From assembly GCA_038881595.1 (NCBI GenBank), contig JAVZPM010000001.1:192001-256000 (forward strand): 64,000 nucleotides of DNA, written 5' to 3'. The DNA is from Candidatus Micrarchaeia archaeon. GTDB taxonomy: Archaea > Micrarchaeota > Micrarchaeia > CABMEP01. The position numbers were made by a program, and so were the translations under genes. Positions 52,720 to 62,897 of this stretch are shown in pieces; the stretch's first letter is position 1; every line of letters begins with the position of its first letter. Under the pieces are notes generated by a model that was not told the origin of the DNA, ran no database searches, and worked only from the letters and a program-made list of their open reading frames with translations.

Positions 52720-53820
52720 TTACCAGAAATCATCTAACCATTCGCTATGTATAGAAATTACGTTTAGCTGCTTGCATGTAGCATTTGTCTTAAGGAGTGA
52801 AGATATACTCGGTTGTGTTCTTCCATCATCCCCACTTATGAATTCTTTAATATAAGTACCAGATTCAGATAGTATATGTAGTTTTATTGTATGGCTGTCA
52901 ATCCATTCTGGTTTAAGCATCTTTATTCTTCTTTTCCTAATTAGATCAGATCTTCTTATAAGCACCCTTTTAGGTGTTCTTTGCATTAATAAAATACTTT
53001 TAGGTAATTTAGAAATTTCATTTTTATCAATGGGTTTTTCTAGATTCACTATTGCTTCATATTCCTTGTCAAATTTAGCTCTTTTTATTATTTCTATCCA
53101 TTCTTTATTGACTATTTTCTCAAACTTTACCTTTATTTTTCCTTTATTCATTTTATTTATAATATTATTTATTCTTTCTATTTCCTTTTCATTCAATATT
53201 CTTTTCTTTGGATTAGTCACTTCTATTACAAAAGGTCTTCCCTCACCCAACATCAATACATCTATATCTTCCCTTCCACTACCATGCAAAATTGCCTTAC
53301 TTCTTTCAGTGCCAATCTCTTTTATCAAGATTCTCTCTATCAGTTCTTCAACAGATTCCTCTTTCGCACCTTCCTTCTTAGTTTGCCTTATTCCTCTTTG
53401 AAGCTTATTGTATTTTCCGTATAGATAAATAGAGGATATTTGCTTTGATATTCTGTCATTTTTAATATCATATATAATTCTTACATCAGGATCTGGACTG
53501 AATTTGTATTTTGTTTTCTTTTCTATTATCTTTCCCAATTCAGTGTTTAATTCAGGTTTTATACTTTTCCATTTTCTAAAGTCAGTAAAATCCCAGATTT
53601 TTTCTTCTATAGCCTCTGATTCCTTCGGTATGCTCGTTCCTATGCTAAATGTCTGTATTCCTGGAATTGATTCTAGTTCTTTTATTATTTTATCTGCTAT
53701 TTTATTTAAGTTCAGGAAACAACCATTGCAAAGTTTACATTCCTGTTCATTTTCTATAAATTCAGAATCGACTTTAGAGAATCCGTTCCTGCTCCAGCAT
53801 CTTTTACATACTTTAGGCAT
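52720..53820 (-). CDS. pus10: tRNA pseudouridine 54/55 synthase Pus10
   Basis: GREDIDV.MLG.GRPF, QRTP.RV..RR, GTYIKEFISGD.GRT.PS. Confidence 0.93.
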   Translation of the reverse strand: MPKVCKRCWSRNGFSKVDSEFIENEQECKLCNGCFLNLNKIADKIIKELESIPGIQTFSIGTSIPKESEAIEEKIWDFTDFRKWKSIKPELNTELGKIIEKKTKYKFSPDPDVRIIYDIKNDRISKQISSIYLYGKYNKLQRGIRQTKKEGAKEESVEELIERILIKEIGTERSKAILHGSGREDIDVLMLGEGRPFVIEVTNPKKRILNEKEIERINNIINKMNKGKIKVKFEKIVNKEWIEIIKRAKFDKEYEAIVNLEKPIDKNEISKLPKSILLMQRTPKRVLIRRSDLIRKRRIKMLKPEWIDSHTIKLHILSESGTYIKEFISGDDGRTQPSISSLLKTNATCKQLNVISIHSEWLDDFW

Positions 53821-53905
53821 TACAAATTTTATCATCATTATAAATTATTAAGATAAGTTTAAATTTTATTACTTACATATTATATTCTAAATATTAAGTG
53901 ATTTT

Positions 53906-55462
53906 ATGCAAGAAATAAAAGAAGATAAAATATCAGAACACTGGGTTTCAGTATTGGTAAAAGAGATATTGTCATCCACTAAGCCACCATTTGTAGTTGC
54001 ATCAGGCATAACCACCAGCGGACCTACGCATATAGGAACTGCAAGCGAATTCATATATCCAAACGCAATTGTGACATACTTCAAAAATAATGGTTATGAT
54101 GTTCAATTCATATTCATCGGAGATATAATGGATGCGTTTGACTCAATTCCTAAACCGTTAGAAAAGTTCAAGGATGTTTTAGAGCCTCATTTAGGAAAGC
54201 CTCTTGTACATGTCCCGGATCCATTCGGCTGTCATGCCTCTTACGGAGATCATTTTCTTTCTGAAGCAGCAGATCTAATGAAGAGATTTAAGGTGAATCC
54301 GGAAATAGTGAGAAACAGTGATCTTTATGCAAAAGGACTTTATGATAAGTATGCAATAAAATATCTGAATGAACGTGAGAAGGTTAGAGATGTGGTTTTT
54401 GAATCCTCTTTAAGAAAAAAAGAGGGGAAAGAATGGGAAAACTGGTCTCCTATAGCTCCAATATGTGAAAAATGTGGAAAGATATCTACATGTACAGTTA
54501 CTGGTTTCGATGGAGAATATTATTACTATAAATGCAATAAGGATGTTGAGTATACAAAGGGATGTGGTCATGAGGGTAAGGCAAGAATAAGCGATCACCG
54601 ATACAAGCTTGTTTGGAGAGTAGAATGGCCTTCAAGGCAGGATTTCCTTAATGTTACAATAGAAGGTTTTGGCAAGGATCATGCTACTAGAGGTGGGTCG
54701 GCAGATACTGCAAGGGAAATGCATGAAAAAATACTAGGTAGAAAGCCACCATTTTTCTATAGATTTGGCTTCTTCCTTCTAGGAGGAAAGAAATATTCTA
54801 AATCAAAAGGTATAGGTTTGGATGTTAATACCGTTCTAAAACTCATGCCTCCAGAAGTAATCAAATATTTCATATACAGATCCGATTCACAAGAGGATAA
54901 GAACTTCGATCCTACAGGTCAGAACATGCTTCTTATATTTGAAGATTATGAATATGCAAGCACTCTTTCACAACCAAAGGAAACACTTACCAGGGCAGAT
55001 AGAAAGAAAAGAATCGCCTACGAGATAAGCGGTGAAAGAAAATGGAAGGCAAAATTCCTGGACATTCTTCTTTACTATCAGATATATAGGGATTGGGAAA
55101 AAGTAAAGTCTCTTTTTAATGATCCAGAAGGAGTGGAATACATAAAACCATATATCGTTTATTGGATAGAGAATGGGTATGTGCCAGAGGATTATTCATT
55201 TTCAATAAATCCGAAAAAGCCATCAGATATAAGAGGAATAAAAGAGTTTGCAGAAAGGCTTGATGATAAAATGGACCAACTCGCCATACATAATCTTGTT
55301 TTTGATACAGCTAAGTCTTTAGATATAGAGCCGAAGGAGTTCTTCAAGACGCTATATACTGCTTTAATCGGCAAGGACAGGGGCCCTAAGCTAGGAAAGC
55401 TTATTCATGCCATAGGTCCCAGTAAAGTAAAGAAGGTGTTGATGGAATTAGTAGGTCAATAG
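53906..55462 (+). CDS. lysS: Class I lysyl-tRNA synthetase
   Basis: SG..HIG, KL.WR.EWP, GKDH, K.SKSKG, GP.LG. Confidence 0.95.
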   Translation: MQEIKEDKISEHWVSVLVKEILSSTKPPFVVASGITTSGPTHIGTASEFIYPNAIVTYFKNNGYDVQFIFIGDIMDAFDSIPKPLEKFKDVLEPHLGKPLVHVPDPFGCHASYGDHFLSEAADLMKRFKVNPEIVRNSDLYAKGLYDKYAIKYLNEREKVRDVVFESSLRKKEGKEWENWSPIAPICEKCGKISTCTVTGFDGEYYYYKCNKDVEYTKGCGHEGKARISDHRYKLVWRVEWPSRQDFLNVTIEGFGKDHATRGGSADTAREMHEKILGRKPPFFYRFGFFLLGGKKYSKSKGIGLDVNTVLKLMPPEVIKYFIYRSDSQEDKNFDPTGQNMLLIFEDYEYASTLSQPKETLTRADRKKRIAYEISGERKWKAKFLDILLYYQIYRDWEKVKSLFNDPEGVEYIKPYIVYWIENGYVPEDYSFSINPKKPSDIRGIKEFAERLDDKMDQLAIHNLVFDTAKSLDIEPKEFFKTLYTALIGKDRGPKLGKLIHAIGPSKVKKVLMELVGQ

Positions 55463-55526
55463 TAAGTTAAGATTATCAAATGCCAATAGAATTAAATTGA
55501 TAGATGTTTGATAGGTATTTTATTAT

Positions 55527-56306
55527 TTATTCTTTTAACATCGAATGAATCCTTTCCAATTCTTCTATCGTTAATGTGAACACTCTTCTTTTTTGTATAC
55601 CAAGTTTTTCAGCCACCAAAATTAGTTTTGGATATTCATCCATTATCTCTTTTGCCTTTGCAGCTGCACCTAATGTTTTTTTCCTATGAGAAAAGAGTCG
55701 CTCTATGAATTTATCAAATTCAGGGTTATTTGTTTTTTCTCTTTTGAATAGCATAACAATTGCAGAGTCAACTTTAGGTACTGGTTTAAAGCTTCCTTTA
55801 GGAACTTTCTTTAGATATATTGGCTTGAAGTAATAGTTAGTCATTACGCTTAATCTTGACCAATCCTTTTCGCCTGGCTTTGCAATCATTCTGTCTACAA
55901 ATTCCTTCTGGAGGCAGAGAATAGCCTTTTCAAAATTAAATTCCTTAAGCTTGAAAAGAAGTGGAGAAGATATAGAATATGGAACATTACTTATTATTAG
56001 ATCTATCCTCTTTTGCTTTGATTCTTTTAGAATTTCATTTTCATCTAAATCTAAGAAGTCAGCTTCTATGACTGTAACATTCTTTTTTTTCTTGAATAAA
56101 AATTTAAGAGAATCTGCAAAGCTGAAATCTTTTTCAACAATAATAAGGTGCTTTGCGGTCTCTGCAACCAATCTGCTAAGGTTTCCAGTACCCCCCCCGA
56201 TTTCAAGTACTACTTTTCCTTTTGGTTGCAGCATATCTACTTCGTATTTCAGCGTCTCTTCATTTTCCAGCATATGCTGGCCAAAATGTTTTCTTTTATT
56301 GTACAT
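55527..56306 (-). CDS. rsmA: 16S rRNA dimethyladenosine transferase
   Basis: FGQH.L, EIG.G.G, SNVPYSISS, P.PKVDS. Confidence 0.95.
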   Translation of the reverse strand: MYNKRKHFGQHMLENEETLKYEVDMLQPKGKVVLEIGGGTGNLSRLVAETAKHLIIVEKDFSFADSLKFLFKKKKNVTVIEADFLDLDENEILKESKQKRIDLIISNVPYSISSPLLFKLKEFNFEKAILCLQKEFVDRMIAKPGEKDWSRLSVMTNYYFKPIYLKKVPKGSFKPVPKVDSAIVMLFKREKTNNPEFDKFIERLFSHRKKTLGAAAKAKEIMDEYPKLILVAEKLGIQKRRVFTLTIEELERIHSMLKE

Positions 56307-56321
56307 CTTATCTACATTTTA

Positions 56322-56960
56322 TTAAAAAGAAACATTGTACGGCATTAACATTTTTGTAACTGCATAAAGAAAGATATATGAAATTAAAAGTACTAGTATT
56401 GGCCATACAATAATCATTAACGCTTTTATCCACGAAATATTGTTGCTATTCTTGACTATTGAAACTATACCATATATTCCATAAATAAAAACTAACAAAT
56501 TCAATGAAGTAAGGTCTCTAATGATGGAAGAAATTATTGCTATAATTATTATCAAAATTATTGCAACTGTAGAAAACATTAAAATAGAATTAGTTTGTTT
56601 TTCAAAGTCTGCTTTTACATCAAGAATTCTTGCAGATAACCATATAAATGAACTACTCGTTACGATAGCTAACAATATGAAAAACACATAAAATAGAAGT
56701 ACTAAAGCACCTATAGCAATACCAAAGATGTTAAAGGAAGGCAATAAAGATAAAGTTAAAACAACTAAAAAAGACAAATAAATGAATAAATATGAATTTT
56801 TTATGGTCTGTTTTGTTTCATACGTGTATTCGGTTGACTTTGCAGGATTGGAAAACAGCTCTACCATATTTTTAAAGGAATAAATAAGGGAATCCTGCGA
56901 ATCTTTATTTTTAACTTCTTCTCTCTTGATTTCCTTTATTTTAGTTCTCTTTTTTTCCAT
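56322..56960 (-). CDS. Yip1-like membrane protein
   Basis: About five TM helices, NP, IS..KA pattern. Confidence 0.65.
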   Translation of the reverse strand: MEKKRTKIKEIKREEVKNKDSQDSLIYSFKNMVELFSNPAKSTEYTYETKQTIKNSYLFIYLSFLVVLTLSLLPSFNIFGIAIGALVLLFYVFFILLAIVTSSSFIWLSARILDVKADFEKQTNSILMFSTVAIILIIIIAIISSIIRDLTSLNLLVFIYGIYGIVSIVKNSNNISWIKALMIIVWPILVLLISYIFLYAVTKMLMPYNVSF

Positions 56961-56987
56961 AAAATCACTCAATAGTTTTTTATCTTC

Positions 56988-57560
56988 TTAGCGTCTTCTA
57001 AAATCACTTGTTGGTGGCATGGGTGGCTTAATAAATAAATAGTATCTTTCTTTGCCACTCATCTCATTTATTATTCTTTCAGTAATCATTTCTACTGGAT
57101 TAAGTAGATGTGGTACTCTTTTTGTAAGATCATCAAAACTTTCAAAAGGTTTAATTTCTCTTTCTTTGAGTATGTCTTCCAAATGTTTCTTTCCAATACC
57201 TGGAAGGAGTTCAAGCTGATGGAGTCTTATTGTTACTGGTCCGCATTTATTTATGAAATTTATAAAATCACTTTCTCTGCTTTTAACTATTGTTCTTATT
57301 GCACTTTTCAGTTCATTTTTAGCAGCACCTGTAAGTTCAGAGTATTCAACTCTTCCTTTTATTCTTTCTACTTCCTTTCTTTGATTCAAATCTTTTCCTA
57401 CATATAGTTTACTATGAAGTTGAATTGGAACATTTCTTTTCACTATAACTTCCAGAAGTGTAAAGAATCTTTCACCAACTAGGTAAGCAACTGGTTCTCG
57501 TTTAATATCCGTTGGTTTACCTAGTGGTAAATAGTCTATTACAATTCCATAGTCTTCCAT
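56988..57560 (-). CDS. DUF655 family HhH protein
   Basis: EDY..V.DYLP.G, FTLLE, H.LELLPGIGKK. Confidence 0.92.
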   Translation of the reverse strand: MEDYGIVIDYLPLGKPTDIKREPVAYLVGERFFTLLEVIVKRNVPIQLHSKLYVGKDLNQRKEVERIKGRVEYSELTGAAKNELKSAIRTIVKSRESDFINFINKCGPVTIRLHQLELLPGIGKKHLEDILKEREIKPFESFDDLTKRVPHLLNPVEMITERIINEMSGKERYYLFIKPPMPPTSDFRRR

Positions 57561-57573
57561 AAAAAATCACCAG

Positions 57574-57915
57574 TTATTGTTTCTGGTATTTTGAAACTAT
57601 TTCTATTATCTTATTAATTTCGTCTTCTGTTAAAGAATAAGTTTCCTTTGAGAATATCTGTTCTATTTCTTCTTTCTTCTTTGGCATTAAATCTACAATC
57701 TTAACTGCTTTTGCTCTGTTTAGTTTTGCAACTTCACTCATTAATTCACTTATCATTTCCTCTGCAGTTTCTTTGCTTATTTTGGTCATTTTTTTTGCAT
57801 ATTCTAAAGTCTTTGCCTGTTCGAATCCCATTTCTATTTCACTAGGCATTTCTAGTATTTCTTTTACTTCAGCAAGCGTTACTTCTCTAATATCAAGGAT
57901 TTTTTTACCTATCAT
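57574..57915 (-). CDS. rpoF: RNA polymerase subunit Rpo4/F
   Basis: MIGKKI, EQ..TLEY..K, AVKIVD.MP. Confidence 0.92.
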   Translation of the reverse strand: MIGKKILDIREVTLAEVKEILEMPSEIEMGFEQAKTLEYAKKMTKISKETAEEMISELMSEVAKLNRAKAVKIVDLMPKKKEEIEQIFSKETYSLTEDEINKIIEIVSKYQKQ

Positions 57916-57934
57916 TCTAATCACTTTTTATAGA

Positions 57935-58219
57935 TCAACATTCTCTTAGGTGGACAGCTGAAACTATAAATTTCTTTTTTATTCCCCCATCCTCTACTTC
58001 TACAACGTAAGCATTTCCCTGTTTTCCTTTAACTATACCAACACGACCAGCATATCTTGGATGAGGAAAGTCTTCGAACTTGACATTTGGAACTAGTTGT
58101 ACCTTTTTTCCTATCTCGATAGTTTTCAATTGATCAACTACAGTAACTTTTCTTTTAGTTGATTTTCTTCCAAGCACTCTGCTTTTTCTGCTCATTCTTC
58201 CCTTAGATGCTTTGACCAT
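57935..58219 (-). CDS. rpl21e: 50S ribosomal protein L21e
   Basis: PHPRY.GR.G.V.G.QG.AY.V. Confidence 0.93.
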   Translation of the reverse strand: MVKASKGRMSRKSRVLGRKSTKRKVTVVDQLKTIEIGKKVQLVPNVKFEDFPHPRYAGRVGIVKGKQGNAYVVEVEDGGIKKKFIVSAVHLREC

Positions 58220-58445
58220 ATTATCACTTCGATTCAAATTAAAATTTGTTACAATTAACTCTAGCTAAAATAAAACTGCATTAATAGATATAATATATGT
58301 AGGATAAGTTTAAAAATATACATATATCTAAATGGGATCTCAAACAATTTTTTTATATTTAAATAGGTTTAAATACCTTCCGAGGTATATAAATTTAAGT
58401 ATTTAAAAAGGCCGAGTTGTAATCGGGCTTTTAAAGGGTGTTTTA

Positions 58446-58724
58446 ATGACGAAAGATGTTAAGTTTAAGATTGAGAATATTGTAGCATCAGCAAATCTAG
58501 GAATCGAACTGGATCTTTATTCTCTTGGAAGAAAGGTTCCAAATATTGAATATGAGCCTGAACAATTTCCTGGAGCAATTCTTAAACTTAGGGAACCAAA
58601 ATCATCATTGCTTCTCTTCAAGAATGGAAAGATAATATGTACTGGTTGCAAGACAGAAAAAGAAGTAAAATTAGCAATCAGAAATGCAATGGCAATTCTT
58701 CAAAAAGCACAGAAGAAGAGATAA
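58446..58724 (+). CDS. Single-repeat TATA-binding-protein homologue (92 aa)
   Basis: IENIVAS..L...LDL......EYEPEQFPG.I.KL..PK...LLF..GKIICTG.K is exactly one TBP repeat, followed by a stop. Confidence 0.88.
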   Translation: MTKDVKFKIENIVASANLGIELDLYSLGRKVPNIEYEPEQFPGAILKLREPKSSLLLFKNGKIICTGCKTEKEVKLAIRNAMAILQKAQKKR

Positions 58725-58779
58725 TTAGAGACGTTAGTAAACCAATCATAAAAATAAATTAAAGTCCGTAACGTCTTAC

Positions 58780-59571
58780 CTATTTAATATAGAAGATATC
58801 ATTTTCGAATTTTTTTATCATTATTTTTATTTTATTCTTTTTCTTATTATTGCTGTAATCAAATATAGATCTTCTATCTTTTTTAGGTATGCGTAGCATC
58901 TCGTTTAGTTCAGCATAATGCTCTTTGAAACTTTTAGATATTTCTTCAAGCTTTTGTTTTCTCTTTTCAATTTCCTTAAGTCCATTTATTCTTGCTTCTT
59001 CATATTCTCTACTTATCCACCAACCACTGGTTCCATACATATCTATTAACAGCTTATCGTTTAAGAGAACAAGTTCAATCAAATCAACATTATACTTATC
59101 ATTTTTCCATTCTTCTAAGACTTTTTCCCTTACAATCAATAATATTCTCTCTTTTTCCTTTGTATCTATAAAAGTATTATATTCAGCGATTTTCATTAGT
59201 AAATTACTAATTACATAAAATTTCTTTTTATCTTGGACTTTCTTATATTCTTCTTCAAGATTTAAATCACTCATTTCTATTTCAGTTAATATTTCTACTG
59301 CATTTTTAGATACGTCTTTTCCCCTTGTATACCAAATCTTCTTAATTAAGTCTTTTTGTTCATCCTTGAATGAATTATCTATAACCTCTTCTACCTTTTT
59401 ATCTTCAGGATAGTATAGATTATAGTAGTTATAATATGCTTTTGCATCTATTGGCTTAAATATAAGTCCAAGTGTCAAAACCCCTTTTGCTATATTTTCA
59501 ATTAAAGGTTTTTTGATTTTTTCTTTCCAGTTTTCTTTTTGTATGTTTTTTTCTTTTTTCTTACTTTCCAT
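58780..59571 (-). CDS. Hypothetical protein
   Basis: Long ORF with a GGGGAGG SD before MESKKK. Confidence 0.65.
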   Translation of the reverse strand: MESKKKEKNIQKENWKEKIKKPLIENIAKGVLTLGLIFKPIDAKAYYNYYNLYYPEDKKVEEVIDNSFKDEQKDLIKKIWYTRGKDVSKNAVEILTEIEMSDLNLEEEYKKVQDKKKFYVISNLLMKIAEYNTFIDTKEKERILLIVREKVLEEWKNDKYNVDLIELVLLNDKLLIDMYGTSGWWISREYEEARINGLKEIEKRKQKLEEISKSFKEHYAELNEMLRIPKKDRRSIFDYSNNKKKNKIKIMIKKFENDIFYIK

Positions 59572-59657
59572 TTCCTCCCCTATTGATACTTTCGAATTTG
59601 AAGTATATAAGTTTTTCTTTAACGCTTTAGCCATCCTATTTTTTAATATCGATTTCA

Positions 59658-62600
59658 CTAAGATTTATCATTTCCTTGAATTTTCGTTTCTACGATTCTT
59701 TTTTCTTCAGGTTTAGACCACCATTTTTCAACCCATTCTTTATCTTCTTTATTTTTTTGCTGTTCAATATTAGAAATATCTATTCCTTTCTCTTTTCCAA
59801 AGTAATATTGTACCCCTACTCCTACTTCATTTAGCTTATTAAATACTTCGTTTTCATCAAGCGTTTTTAATTTTGTAGAAGGATCTACTGTTCGTTTTGT
59901 ATTATCTATTATCTCTCTCATAGGATTTTCTTTGTTTTCCTTAATATGCGCATTTATAGATTCTTCAAGTTTCCTCTCTAAACTATATAGAGTTGTATTC
60001 ATGTTATTCAATGCTTTTAAAAAATCAGAATATCGTTCTTTATCTGCAGGTGATTGTGGGCCTTGACTCGTATTTTCTACTTCATCACGTGCTTTAGTTA
60101 TTTTTTCTCGCATTTCTTTTATAGTTTGTACTGGTTGATTATTTATAATTTCTTCAGTTGTATCTGCATTTACTAATTTTTCATACCAATTTGGGAATTT
60201 TTGTATAAACTTATCTTCTTGTTCCCATTCATAAGGTTCTCGTGTAAGGTCCATTATAATTCTATCAGTTTTACTTATTCTATAAGGAACAGGAGGGATT
60301 TTTTCAATTAATCTTTTTATTTCACGTGATAATTCATCAACATTTTGCTTACCATCAGAAATCGAATTATTAACTTGCTGAGCGGTTTTTAAAGCATCAA
60401 GAGCACTGCTTGCCTTAAACACTTCTTCTCTCTCTTTGATAGCGCTAGGTCCGATGTATGCAACGTTATCTATCTTTTTCTCTTTTGCGTATTTACTCAT
60501 TTCATTTCCAAGTTTTAATGTCTCAATTTCATTATTTATCTTTTCCATCATCACTTCGTATTTTTTAATTTCATTTTCTCGCTTCCAGAGTTCATCCTTT
60601 GCTTTTTCAAGTTTTGTTTTCATTTCTTCATATCCAGGAGTACCTTTTGATAATTTATTAAATTCTCTTTGAATTTCATTTACATTTATCTTTGCTTGAT
60701 TTAAATTTTCATCTAATATCTTTTTACCGTTTGTGAAAACATTGAAAAGATTATCTTTTGTAACGTCACTCCACTTCATTTCTTTTCCTTCTATTGATTT
60801 TACAATTTCTAATAAATCTTTAGCTTCCTTTTCATTTAATGTACTTCTTATCTGTTTGGCTACAGCTTCTGTAAGTAATTCCGAATTCTTTGCATCTCTA
60901 AAATTGAGCGTCATTAATGCATTCAATTTCTCATTTCTGTCTATTATTTTATTACCTTTTTCATCTTTTATATCAATATAATCTAAATATTTTACAACAT
61001 GTCCGATCATAAAGTCATGAACTAAATAATTAAATGTCAAATATGCATCTGGATCTTTTTGAACTCTTTCTTTAATTCTTCTTAATGTTTCAGAGTCATT
61101 TTTTTCTAAAGCTTTAGTTAGTTCTGTTGGTGAGATTCCAAATGTTTTTGCAAGGTCGCTAAATTCAGCTATTTTAGCTTTTGATTCATCAATGCCATAG
61201 TTTTTATAATATGCGGGCATATCAATTTTTCCTATAAAATTATTTTTGTCAAATCCAATAAGATTTCCGTTATTTCCTATTCTATTTATTATCTTCTCTG
61301 CGTATTTTTCTTCTATGTATTTATCTAATTTATTCAGTATAATAGACAATTTCTCTTCTTTGATATTAGCGATTTCAGTTAATAAGTTTATTTTTTCTTT
61401 GATTTCCATCTTTGTGTATGGAGACAAAAATGGTGATTTCAGTTTCTTCTCTTCATACTCAATCAATTCTTTACTTATTTCTTTTGCTTTGTCCATATCT
61501 TTGCTATTTAAAATTCCTTTTAGAGAATAAATGTCTGAAATTATCGAATCTGGTGTTAATCCTAACTTTTCAGCTATTTTCCTTTTTCCAGTTTCAGTCA
61601 ATCCATATTGATCAATATCTTCACCTATTTTTAATTTCACTCCGTACACTTCTTCTCCTTTTTTCTTGATATCTTCTAGTTCTTCTTTTGTATAAATTTC
61701 TCCTGGCCTTATAATTTGAGGAATCTGTGCATAAGAAAGGGACCAGGGTCTTACGCCAAGATGTCCAAGGCTAGCAAAAAAGTTACTTAAAGTTATATTG
61801 AGTAATTGTTTAAATAAGGAAGGGGGTGTTTCGTGGAACATTCTTTCACCACCGAAAGGTCCCTTTGTAGTTTTGATCATCTCTTTTGATTTTTCCTTTT
61901 CTTTAGCTTCTGCACCCCTCCTTTGCATCTGCTTTGAAAGTTCAATCATCTTTAGTTTGTTTAGTTCTTTTGTGCCAGGGATTTTTAAAGTTCTTGAAAT
62001 AGCAAGCCAAGGCGCAGTTGCTACTTTAACAACAGTTTCAATCGTCTTTTTCCCTTCTGCTTTTTTCTCAATTTTTTTCAATTCTTTTTCAGGAATTTCA
62101 GCTCCTTTAGCCAATCCGATTTTAGCACCTGTTTTAACACTTCCATATACTGCTCCAGCTGCTATACCTGCAATAGTGGTTCTTTGTCTAGTAGTAACTC
62201 TTCTATCACCTATACCTGGCGCTTTAAATGCAACTCTTGAAAAGTCAAACAATCCAAATGGATTCTTTCCAGATGCAAACATTGCTGCGATAAGAAGAGC
62301 AAATATTATGAAAAGAGGAGCACAAGCATTCAAACTTATTAACGGAAATATTCCAGGAACATATCGTTCTGTTTTCACGCTTCCCGTAAATGGTTCTTTT
62401 GGTTTTGGTGTAAAAGAAGCAGTTATTGAATATGAGATCTTTCTAGGATCGGTTGAATTTTCTAATAATGGTGGCTGAGTGTATATTGTAAAAGAAACAG
62501 TTCCATTTTCATCAGTCTTTTGTACGAAAGGTGCTGACTCATCTGAAAGGACAAACTCACCTGCCGCATTTTTTGTTACAAATTTACTTCCAATTACCAG

Positions 62601-62840
62601 TTCTATAGTTATATTTTTGTTTGCGAGAGGTATTCTATTTTGTGTTTTTCTATCAATCGCATTAAGTTGTATATTAACATCGATTGTATTATCAGTTATA
62701 CCTACAGGTATATTTATTGGATGCCTTGAATGCTGAATTACAATTTCAGTTGGATTTTTATCTACAGGACAGATATTAGCTGTGAAAACTAGAGGAATTG
62801 TAAAGAGGAAAAGTATAATAACTAATCCATTTACTCTCAT
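59658..62840 (-). CDS. Large membrane protein (signal peptide, Ig-like ectodomain, TM, long charged helical tail)
   Basis: Signal peptide, TDENG.V.F motif, TM followed by GKNPFGLFDF, coiled-coil tail. Confidence 0.7.
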   Translation of the reverse strand: MRVNGLVIILFLFTIPLVFTANICPVDKNPTEIVIQHSRHPINIPVGITDNTIDVNIQLNAIDRKTQNRIPLANKNITIELVIGSKFVTKNAAGEFVLSDESAPFVQKTDENGTVSFTIYTQPPLLENSTDPRKISYSITASFTPKPKEPFTGSVKTERYVPGIFPLISLNACAPLFIIFALLIAAMFASGKNPFGLFDFSRVAFKAPGIGDRRVTTRQRTTIAGIAAGAVYGSVKTGAKIGLAKGAEIPEKELKKIEKKAEGKKTIETVVKVATAPWLAISRTLKIPGTKELNKLKMIELSKQMQRRGAEAKEKEKSKEMIKTTKGPFGGERMFHETPPSLFKQLLNITLSNFFASLGHLGVRPWSLSYAQIPQIIRPGEIYTKEELEDIKKKGEEVYGVKLKIGEDIDQYGLTETGKRKIAEKLGLTPDSIISDIYSLKGILNSKDMDKAKEISKELIEYEEKKLKSPFLSPYTKMEIKEKINLLTEIANIKEEKLSIILNKLDKYIEEKYAEKIINRIGNNGNLIGFDKNNFIGKIDMPAYYKNYGIDESKAKIAEFSDLAKTFGISPTELTKALEKNDSETLRRIKERVQKDPDAYLTFNYLVHDFMIGHVVKYLDYIDIKDEKGNKIIDRNEKLNALMTLNFRDAKNSELLTEAVAKQIRSTLNEKEAKDLLEIVKSIEGKEMKWSDVTKDNLFNVFTNGKKILDENLNQAKINVNEIQREFNKLSKGTPGYEEMKTKLEKAKDELWKRENEIKKYEVMMEKINNEIETLKLGNEMSKYAKEKKIDNVAYIGPSAIKEREEVFKASSALDALKTAQQVNNSISDGKQNVDELSREIKRLIEKIPPVPYRISKTDRIIMDLTREPYEWEQEDKFIQKFPNWYEKLVNADTTEEIINNQPVQTIKEMREKITKARDEVENTSQGPQSPADKERYSDFLKALNNMNTTLYSLERKLEESINAHIKENKENPMREIIDNTKRTVDPSTKLKTLDENEVFNKLNEVGVGVQYYFGKEKGIDISNIEQQKNKEDKEWVEKWWSKPEEKRIVETKIQGNDKS

Positions 62841-62897
62841 TTGTATCAATACATTATATAAGTTTGAATTTTAAATCTTTTTATTAATATAATATCA

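Noticed and set aside
58729..58776. AGACGTTA/TAACGTCT inverted repeat after the half-TBP as a scar or splice signal
   Set aside because: Only 8 bp with a long loop, and no second TBP repeat follows; may simply be a terminator between convergent genes.
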